Part shown: one piece after another, positions 1 through 6,995 of the stretch
Position numbering within the stretch: the stretch's first letter is position 1
How the letters are laid out: each line of letters opens with the position of its first letter
Assembly: GCA_018003655.1 (NCBI GenBank)
Contig: JAGNDY010000001.1
Coordinates: forward strand, 35,399 to 99,398
Length of the DNA stretch: 64,000 nucleotides
Source: Candidatus Nanopelagicales bacterium
GTDB taxonomy: Bacteria > Actinomycetota > Actinomycetes > S36-B12 > UBA10799
Direction: 5' to 3'
Notes under the pieces: generated by a model
Seen by the model: only the letters and a program-made list of their open reading frames with translations
Database searches by the model: none
What the model was told of the DNA's origin: nothing
Program-made: the position numbers and the translations under genes

Positions 1-22
1 GCGAGCGTGTCATCATCGTCTG

Positions 23-610
23 ATGACGTCGACGCCGTTTGATCGTGACGCGCTGGGAACAGGCCGCACCCGCCTCGTCGCGCTCGAGGTTTCGCTGGCT
101 GACGCTCTGCTCAAGACGTTCGCCGATGAACGGGTGTGGCGATGGATGCCCGCAGCCAAGCCGGCAGGTTCCGCCGAGATGTTGGAGTGGATTGCGGTGT
201 GGCAGGACCGGCGTGCATCCGGTTGGGGTATCGCCTTCGCCATTGAATGTGATGGCGCGATAGTCGGCAGCACATCGTTGTACGACTACCAGCCAGCCAA
301 CGCGTCCGCGGAGGCGGGCTGGACGTGGCTGCAACCGAGCGTCTGGGGCACTGGGGTCAATCGAGATGCCAAGGTGGTGCTCTACGACTACGCGTTCAAT
401 GACCTCGGTTTAGGCCGCCTCGGCGTTCGCACCGACAACCTGAACACCGCTGCCCAGCGCTCGTTGGACTCGTTGGGTCTGCACCGTGAGGGTGTTCTTC
501 GACGCCACATTCGGAGACCAGACGGAACGATGCGCGACTCCGTCTACTACTCCGTGTTGGCCGACGAATGGCCCAGGCTCCGAGCCAGCTGGCTATCGCG
601 GGCCGGTTGA
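23..610 (+). CDS. GNAT family N-acetyltransferase (RimJ/RimL-like)
   Basis: A 195-aa ORF with ATG at 23. The layout is typical of Acetyltransf_3/RimJ: 'AIECDGAIVGSTSLY', 'GWTWLQPSVWGTGVN', and 'GVRTDNLNTAAQRSLDSLGLHREGVLR' as the C-terminal acetyl-CoA-fold segment. Confidence 0.75.
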   Translation: MTSTPFDRDALGTGRTRLVALEVSLADALLKTFADERVWRWMPAAKPAGSAEMLEWIAVWQDRRASGWGIAFAIECDGAIVGSTSLYDYQPANASAEAGWTWLQPSVWGTGVNRDAKVVLYDYAFNDLGLGRLGVRTDNLNTAAQRSLDSLGLHREGVLRRHIRRPDGTMRDSVYYSVLADEWPRLRASWLSRAG

Positions 611-632
611 CGCGTTGGCCACCGGGTCGCGC

Positions 633-3131
633 CTAGGCCTGTTCAACAACGATGGGGGTGTCGCCGAAGGCGTTGAGTGCCCGTACCGTCCCGGCAAATC
701 GCCCATTGGCGACCTGCGAGGAAACCGCGATGGTGCGTGTCTGGCCCGGGAGCAGGTGGAACCACGAGTCACTAGCCGTCAAACCGGGAACATCGATCGC
801 GACCCATTCGGCCAGCAGGTCAGCGGAGACCTGCACCAACCATTGACCCGCTGATACTTGTCGGGCTGTCGCCGACAGCGTCATCTCCCGCTGCTGACCA
901 CGCCATGGTGCGGCCAGCAGGTGAGTGCATGAGAACTCAGCAATCTCGGTGGTCAATGTCACCAAGACCGCGTCATACACCTGGGCGCCAAAGCGGTAGG
1001 CGTGGTTGATGTCACGGAAGCTGCCAATCAGGGAATCAAGGTCGAGTGTTAGCGACCCGTGCCCAGCGACTTCCACCTGTGTCGCCGCCTCGATAAGAAC
1101 CCGGCCGCGGCGATCGACCACTGTTGCGGTCAACTCGCCAGCCAGGGTGTCCGGCGGATCGTTGAACACATGGATGGCCAGCCCTTCGAGGCCCTCGTCA
1201 GTGACGCTCACGCACACCGGGGCGAGCACTCGGGACAGGGCGTACATGGCGGACTTCGGTCGTCCCAATGAGTCCACCACACCCCAACCAGCACCTGGAA
1301 TGAGGTCCCGCAGTGACAACACCAGGGCGCCGGCACAGGGTGATTCATAACGGCGCCACTCGGTGAAGGTCGTAGCCATCACGTGCGCGACAGCGGCTCG
1401 GCCGAGGTCCAGTGCTCGGGTCGGATCGCTGTAGCGAACAAGCATTGGATCGGTGTCGAAGAGTAGACGGGTGTAGAAGTCGCGAACGTCCTCGAAATCC
1501 CAGGAAGCGCCAGCGTCGCGTGGTACGGCTGCCTTCCAGTCGGGGCGCTGTCCAGCGGCCAGCGAACCACCGAAGTACTCATCGACGGTCTCGTTCTCAG
1601 GTGGATTCGAGAAGGCCAGACACTCGGTGGCAAACCGGACGTTCGCCAAGCGGGCGTCGCGCAGTGGCCGCAGGTACGCACCCACCCCGAAGTAGTGGGC
1701 GACCCCGGTGCTGCTGTGGGTAGGTAGTCCAGGTCCCGACGGACTCGATGTCACATAGGGAACGCCGGGCAGAGTCCGCGACACGACCGCTGGGATGATC
1801 TGGTGGATCGACGGCATGTCGTAGTCGGCGCGTTCCAGACCGAGCATCGCCGGTTGCTGTTCGGTCTCGCTACCGCCGCTGACGACCGCGATCGAGGGTC
1901 GGCCACTCAGTGGCGAGAGCACGCCAGTCACCTCCCGCCGCAGCGAGGCGAGCCAGTCGTCGTCACTTGGGGGGTCATAGGTAGTGATCATGGCGTCCTG
2001 CCAGACGAGGATTCCAAGCTCGTCGCAGCAGTCCCAGAAGTCCGGCGATTCGTACACCATCGTTCCCGGTACCCGAATCATGTTCATGCCGGCGGCTTTG
2101 ACCTGCTGCAACGCGGACCGGTTCGCCTCAGGTCCGGCATTGAGTGAGACGACATCCGGCGGCACCCAACAGGCGCCACGGGTAAAAAGCGATACATCGT
2201 TGACGACCAACGTGAACCCGTCGTCGGTGGTGTCGGCTGCGATGGTCCGAAAGCCCACCCGGCCCAACATGAATGTGTCACCGCCAACATCCAACCGGGC
2301 GTCATAAAGCGGTTGGGAACCGTGGGTGTGTGGCCACCACAGGTTGACCGAGTCGAGCGTGACAGTGCCGCCGGTTTGAGCAGCCGTTTGCGTCTTGTTG
2401 ACTGGCAGTTCCCACCTTGACTCACCGACATGCAGGGTCGCCGTGGCCGCTGCAACGGATCCGGTGAACGTTGCGTCGAGATGGACCTCGCCGCGTCCCG
2501 CGACCACCGCCGTCCGCAGCGTGTGGTGTTCGAGGGTGGGGGTGGTGATTTCACTAATCGTGATGGGCCGCCAGGGGCCGACTGGCGCAACGAATCCTGC
2601 CCACCCCGGCATGCGCCCTAGCGCCGTTGTGCGCCACCACCTCAAACCTCGAGCTGGTACGAGAGAACTGCGCCAACGCGGCCGCGGCCGTTTCTGTTTC
2701 AGCAGCGGGCCAAGGGCGTGGAAGTGGATCGCCAGGCGGTGGCTGCCCGGTGACATAGCTGCCGTGGCGTCGGCTTCCTCGAACATGGAGTCGCTATGCA
2801 GTAGCAATTGGTCGTCGAGCCAGACATCGGCGACCGTTGCCAGACCACCGAATTCGAATCGATATCGGCCACTGCTGCTCACCTCGATATCGGTGAGGAA
2901 CCACCAGTCGAATGCGTCGTAGTCCAACTGCATCGCGGCCGCGATACTGTCCGCGCCCCGTACCGCAGCGGCGGCCGTTCCGGGAACCGCGGCAGGTCGT
3001 GCGGTGCTGTCCGCAAGGTTCAGCCCGGCGGGCTCGGTGACCTGGTTCGGCATCGTCTGAACGCACCGCCAACTGAGCTGGTCGCTTGTCAGGGTCAGGG
3101 GATTGGTCGCGGCAGCGCGGTCATTCGGCAT
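633..3131 (-). CDS. Glycoside hydrolase family 2 protein (beta-mannosidase-like), no obvious signal peptide
   Basis: An 832-aa ORF with GH2/beta-mannosidase-like motifs: 'NLWWPHTHGSQPLY', 'VGFRTI...FTRGACWVP', 'GMNMIRVPG', 'LGILVWQD', 'VVSGGSETEQ' (candidate acid/base Glu) and 'RFATECLAF' (candidate nucleophile Glu). ATG at 3131 overlaps the upstream DUF1839 stop by 11 nt. An alternative ATG lies at 3053. Confidence 0.75.
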   Translation of the reverse strand: MPNDRAAATNPLTLTSDQLSWRCVQTMPNQVTEPAGLNLADSTARPAAVPGTAAAAVRGADSIAAAMQLDYDAFDWWFLTDIEVSSSGRYRFEFGGLATVADVWLDDQLLLHSDSMFEEADATAAMSPGSHRLAIHFHALGPLLKQKRPRPRWRSSLVPARGLRWWRTTALGRMPGWAGFVAPVGPWRPITISEITTPTLEHHTLRTAVVAGRGEVHLDATFTGSVAAATATLHVGESRWELPVNKTQTAAQTGGTVTLDSVNLWWPHTHGSQPLYDARLDVGGDTFMLGRVGFRTIAADTTDDGFTLVVNDVSLFTRGACWVPPDVVSLNAGPEANRSALQQVKAAGMNMIRVPGTMVYESPDFWDCCDELGILVWQDAMITTYDPPSDDDWLASLRREVTGVLSPLSGRPSIAVVSGGSETEQQPAMLGLERADYDMPSIHQIIPAVVSRTLPGVPYVTSSPSGPGLPTHSSTGVAHYFGVGAYLRPLRDARLANVRFATECLAFSNPPENETVDEYFGGSLAAGQRPDWKAAVPRDAGASWDFEDVRDFYTRLLFDTDPMLVRYSDPTRALDLGRAAVAHVMATTFTEWRRYESPCAGALVLSLRDLIPGAGWGVVDSLGRPKSAMYALSRVLAPVCVSVTDEGLEGLAIHVFNDPPDTLAGELTATVVDRRGRVLIEAATQVEVAGHGSLTLDLDSLIGSFRDINHAYRFGAQVYDAVLVTLTTEIAEFSCTHLLAAPWRGQQREMTLSATARQVSAGQWLVQVSADLLAEWVAIDVPGLTASDSWFHLLPGQTRTIAVSSQVANGRFAGTVRALNAFGDTPIVVEQA

Positions 3132-4104
3132 GCCACTGCCTCATCAGGTTCATTGCCCGCGTCCAGGACTCGGCGATCGCGTCGGTCGATGCTGCCACGT
3201 CGACGACCCGACCGCGTGCGGCCCGAGCGAGGCGCAACTGCAACGCTTTCATCCCTTGCGACACCTCGCGGAAGTGTGCCGCGGCTTCGGCCAGCGCGGT
3301 TGCGCCCGCGACCTCACGGTCGACCAGCCAGGTGCAGAAATCCGCGGCCATCTCCGCGGAGACTCCGCATTGGCGCAACATGCCGAACGCGTACAGGTGA
3401 AACGACTCCAACCCCTCTGCACCGATGGTCGGCAGGTCGTCGGTGATCCTTGCGGCGAGCGCGAGAATGGGATTGTCGGTTGGGGCGAGACCGATGTGGT
3501 GTTTACCCAGCTTTACTGCAATGTCGACAAGATCGGTCTTGACTTCCATCCGAGACAGGTCGACCACTTCGACGTAGGGAACCAGGACGCGTGGGTCTGG
3601 ATCGACCAAGTTGAAGATGCCGTCGAAGTCGTCGCCGGACAACGCGTAGTAGTCGGCGTTGTGGAAGTACTGCATGCGCCGCTCGGCGACGTCCACGAGA
3701 TTGGGAACGATCGTTGTCTTGGCGTGGGCAAGCTGGTAGGACACTCCGCTCGTGTCCGGCAGGTAGAACGAGTCGACCTCAACGGTGAGCAATCGACCGA
3801 ACTCGAGCTGGTCGAGCACATGGGTGAGAACGGGCTTCCAGAGGTTCAGCTCAGCGACGTCCACTCCGTAGAGATCGCGTAGATCCTCGGGCAGGTACTT
3901 CACGAAAGTCCATTGATCGCCGATGAACCCAGTGCTCAGTGCACAAGCACCAGCCGGATGCGGATCCAGTCCCAACGCGGACAGCACTTCGATCCACAGA
4001 TCGATGTAGCAGTTGGTCTCGGTCCAATCCCGATCCTGGTTATGCAGGCGGTGGCGTCGGTAGGTGTCGACATCAATTGGCAACAGCGACACGGCCTGGG
4101 TCAT
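3121..4104 (-). CDS. DUF1839 family protein
   Basis: I trimmed the 386-aa track ORF to the internal ATG at 4104 ('MTQAVSLLPIDVDTYRRHRL...'). This forms an ATGA overlap with the ligase stop (4101-4104) and gives about 327 aa, the usual size for DUF1839. I recognise the family from the N-terminal 'DWTETNCYIDLWIEVLSALGLDP' block and the overall layout. Confidence 0.7.
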   Translation of the reverse strand: MTQAVSLLPIDVDTYRRHRLHNQDRDWTETNCYIDLWIEVLSALGLDPHPAGACALSTGFIGDQWTFVKYLPEDLRDLYGVDVAELNLWKPVLTHVLDQLEFGRLLTVEVDSFYLPDTSGVSYQLAHAKTTIVPNLVDVAERRMQYFHNADYYALSGDDFDGIFNLVDPDPRVLVPYVEVVDLSRMEVKTDLVDIAVKLGKHHIGLAPTDNPILALAARITDDLPTIGAEGLESFHLYAFGMLRQCGVSAEMAADFCTWLVDREVAGATALAEAAAHFREVSQGMKALQLRLARAARGRVVDVAASTDAIAESWTRAMNLMRQWHAE

Positions 4105-5015
4105 GGCGAGATCAGTTCCCGGACTCGCTGTGGCCAGGTGGCGGTGTCCACGCCGTGCGTTGTGAGTAGTGCCAAGGCGATCCGCTCCATTCCAAATCCC
4201 ACGCAGGAGGAATGCGCGATTGCTCCGTCGGCGCTGAAGATCCCGAATGGTTTCCCGAAGTGGTCCTCGTGGTAGTTGCACGACACCACCGCGGTCTGCT
4301 GACCGGGGAAAGTCTGGACCGTCAATTCGTACTTGAGTTCGCCGTCACGTTGGTTGACAGCCAGCATGCGCCCTGCCCGGCCAAAGAATGGGTCGTTGGC
4401 GACCTCTTTTGCTGGCTCGAGGTCCAAATCGGACAGCAACTGCAACCCTCGCGGGACCCACTCCTGCCGATGGGCCAACGCACCTTCCGGCGTGCCGATG
4501 TAGACGTATTCATGCATCCGGAACGCCTGCATCCGGGTCGGGTCCAACGATGGCTCGTGGCGGAAGCAGTAGCCGTAGACGTCGAGCTTACGACCCCCTT
4601 CTGGCAGCGTCCCGGCCATCAGCGGATAGGAGGGATGGCAGGCCGCCGGGATGAGCATCACTTCCGACGGCTCGAGCAAGTCCGTCCAGTCTCCGCCCTC
4701 GGCGTAGATCCGCAGCATCTCCTTGTGCGCGAGGTCGTCGCCGGTGAAGGAGTGCACCGAACCGGTGAGATCGGGGAATGACGCGAGGTAGTCGGTCTTC
4801 TGGAACACCACCTCGGGCATCACGGGCGGGAACCGCAAGACGGTCGCATTCTGATCCTGCCCCAAGTCGACGACGAGCCGGTCGATGCCCTCGATAATGC
4901 GCTCGAACGCTGCGGTTCGCGCGTAGAGGCCATCCACGGACGCAGGGATGAGGAGGTCCGCATCGACCAGTTCGGCACGGAAGGCCTGGTACTGCGGGGT
5001 CAAGTCCTCAGCCAT
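4101..5015 (-). CDS. Amino acid--[acyl-carrier-protein] ligase (truncated class-II, SerRS-like, tRNA-independent)
   Basis: A 304-aa ORF with class II aaRS motif 2 'YGYCFRHEPS', motif 3 'GFGMERIALALL' and 'IPAACHPSYP' (a Zn-site-like Cys as in methanogen-type SerRS cores). It has no N-terminal tRNA-binding arm. It sits next to a dedicated carrier protein and a PPTase. Confidence 0.8.
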   Translation of the reverse strand: MAEDLTPQYQAFRAELVDADLLIPASVDGLYARTAAFERIIEGIDRLVVDLGQDQNATVLRFPPVMPEVVFQKTDYLASFPDLTGSVHSFTGDDLAHKEMLRIYAEGGDWTDLLEPSEVMLIPAACHPSYPLMAGTLPEGGRKLDVYGYCFRHEPSLDPTRMQAFRMHEYVYIGTPEGALAHRQEWVPRGLQLLSDLDLEPAKEVANDPFFGRAGRMLAVNQRDGELKYELTVQTFPGQQTAVVSCNYHEDHFGKPFGIFSADGAIAHSSCVGFGMERIALALLTTHGVDTATWPQRVRELISP

Positions 5016-5019
5016 TAAG

Positions 5020-6174
5020 TCAGTCCTTCGTCACGAGCAGCATCTGGGCGGTATTGAGCGCGATTCGATCGTTGTTGACCATGAGCGCACCGCCGTAGGA
5101 ATCACGCAGTTGAAGTCCGAGACCGAACTTGCCACCGTTGCGGTAGCCCGCGATTCCGACGATCAGCAGTGCCTTGCTGACGACCTCCATGACCAACGTC
5201 GAGGCCGAGACTTTGACCCCGTTCATGATGATCGCGACTTTGGGTGAACTTATCGCCTCGCGGTCATCGCCGAGTTCGTCGAAGCGCCTCGCCGCGCTGG
5301 AGACCAGATCGACGAACTCTTGTTGGGTGGTCATCAGGTCGGCCAGGCGAATCGCGCCGGGGGGCGTCGTGCCAGGGGATCGACGTGCCGCCGCACGAAT
5401 GAATAGGCGGGCGGTCTCCACAGCGGCGGTCGCGATGCCTAACCACACATGTCCCCACAGGGTGTGTGCGACTGGCAGCATTGTCTGGGCGGAAATGTCG
5501 CTGTAGGAATCGGGGAAGATGAGCGTCTTGGGACCGGTCGCGTTGAGGATGAAGCCCGGGCTGCACGTGCCGCGAAAGCCCAAGGTGTCCCACGAGCCCG
5601 TCGGTTCCAACGTCAGGCCGGCTTTGTCGCAGGCGACCAGCGATTGGTCGCTTGGCGGGCTGTCGGGGGTTCGACGCGCGGTCGTGAAGATGACGTCGGC
5701 GTACTCGCCGTAGGAAATCACCGGCGCGTCCTTGACCAGGACAAACTCGTCGCCGTCGACGTTGACAGCGCAGGTGCTGGAACGGACATCGCCACCGATG
5801 CCTTTCTCGGTGGTGGCGGATCCCAGCAGGAGCTGATCAGCAACCAATCGATCCTGTAGTTCCTGCAACGCGGGGGTGCGTTCGTGACGAACCAGGCACG
5901 CCACCTGAATTTGATGCATTGCAAAGATCATCGCCGTAGACGCGCAGTGCTGACTCAAACCGAGCACCGCCTGGCTCATCTCAGTGATGGAGGCGCCGCT
6001 GCCGCCCTCACTGACCGGAACCAGTGCGGACATCAGTTTTGCCTCGCGCAAGGCACTGATGGCCTCAATCGGAAAACGGGCGTCCCTGTCCACGTCGGCC
6101 GCTGCCGGGCCGGCGACCTCGCGACCGATGACAGCGGCGATCTCGACGATTGAACTGCTGCTAGGTGCACTCAT
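5020..6174 (-). CDS. Acyl-CoA dehydrogenase-fold flavoprotein (probably acting on an acyl/aminoacyl-S-carrier protein)
   Basis: A 384-aa ORF with ACAD family layout ('TTEKGIGGDVRSSTCAV', C-terminal helical domain). The start ATG forms an ATGA overlap with the ACP stop (6171-6174). The C-terminal segment reads 'RDSYGGALMVNNDRI' where classical ACADs have the 'YEG' catalytic Glu. Confidence 0.8.
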   Translation of the reverse strand: MSAPSSSSIVEIAAVIGREVAGPAAADVDRDARFPIEAISALREAKLMSALVPVSEGGSGASITEMSQAVLGLSQHCASTAMIFAMHQIQVACLVRHERTPALQELQDRLVADQLLLGSATTEKGIGGDVRSSTCAVNVDGDEFVLVKDAPVISYGEYADVIFTTARRTPDSPPSDQSLVACDKAGLTLEPTGSWDTLGFRGTCSPGFILNATGPKTLIFPDSYSDISAQTMLPVAHTLWGHVWLGIATAAVETARLFIRAAARRSPGTTPPGAIRLADLMTTQQEFVDLVSSAARRFDELGDDREAISSPKVAIIMNGVKVSASTLVMEVVSKALLIVGIAGYRNGGKFGLGLQLRDSYGGALMVNNDRIALNTAQMLLVTKD

Positions 6175-6416
6175 GATTCACTCTGGATCTGCTCGACGGC
6201 TTCGCTAATGGCAGCAATGCTGGCGAAGGTGGCCTTCTTCAGCATTGCGTCGGGAAACTCAATGTCGAACTCGTCCTCAAGGGCCAGCATGACGTTGACG
6301 CTCGCATGAGAGGTGAGCCCGGCTTGATAAAGGTCATCTGTTGCGGCAATTGAATCCGCGCCACCCGGCAACTTGCCGTACTGGGCAATGACCGCACGTA
6401 CTTGATCTTCACTCAT
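6171..6416 (-). CDS. Acyl/aminoacyl carrier protein (phosphopantetheine-binding)
   Basis: I trimmed the 127-aa track ORF to the internal ATG at 6416, which gives an 81-aa acidic four-helix-type protein: 'MSEDQVRAVIAQYGKL...DDLYQAGLTSHASVNVMLALEDEFDIEFP'. The candidate Ppant serine is in 'GLTSHA'. It is flanked by the PPTase and the ligase operon. Confidence 0.75.
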   Translation of the reverse strand: MSEDQVRAVIAQYGKLPGGADSIAATDDLYQAGLTSHASVNVMLALEDEFDIEFPDAMLKKATFASIAAISEAVEQIQSES

Positions 6417-6430
6417 CTGTCGGCTTTCTG

Positions 6431-6817
6431 CTAGGTGGCGATGACGACGGCTGTCGCCACGTCGTGCTCGTGGCTGACTGACAGGGCAAAATCCGATAGT
6501 TGATTTGCGTCCGCGAGTTCGCGCGCCGCGCCGCGCAGGTTTAGCTCGGTCCACCCCGAAGGATGAGAGCGAACCTCGATGCTGCGCCAGTCGGGTCCGT
6601 TCTCCGAGGGACGCAAGACCTTGATGGTCGCTTCCTTAGCTGCGAACCGGGCAGCCAATCGGAGCGACATCTGGGGCAGCGGCCCCGCGCAGGCAACGAG
6701 CTCCGCAGGTGTGTAGACACGTTGAAGGTAGCGATCACCAAAATCTTCGATGCTTTGGCGGACGTCGTTCGCGTAGACGACGTCGATGCCGACCCGGAGG
6801 TTCGAGGCCACGGACAT
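6431..6817 (-). CDS. Holo-ACP synthase / 4'-phosphopantetheinyl transferase (AcpS type)
   Basis: A 128-aa ORF with 'VGIDVV' (Mg/CoA-binding start), 'RFAAKEATIKVL' and 'LSVSHEHDVATAVVIA', the canonical AcpS motif pattern and size. Confidence 0.8.
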   Translation of the reverse strand: MSVASNLRVGIDVVYANDVRQSIEDFGDRYLQRVYTPAELVACAGPLPQMSLRLAARFAAKEATIKVLRPSENGPDWRSIEVRSHPSGWTELNLRGAARELADANQLSDFALSVSHEHDVATAVVIAT

Positions 6818-6995
6818 GAAGCTGCCTGCCTTGTTCGCATGCGAGAAGTAGTTGGCGGAGCGATTACCGACAACGGTAGCGAGTCGCAGTCATCCTCGCT
6901 CAACTGAAGCGGCTTCCAGGCCACTGATAGTGGGAGGATGCCGCTATGCGCGCGCGTCTTTGGGTGATGTGCTCATGGGTGTCACGTGATTTCCG

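Noticed and set aside
3103-3882. A 259-aa plus-strand ORF. The 2808-3446 and 3913-4275 plus-strand ORFs belong with it.
   Set aside because: They are antisense to the DUF1839 and GH2 genes of the tightly coupled minus-strand operon and contain no recognisable domains.
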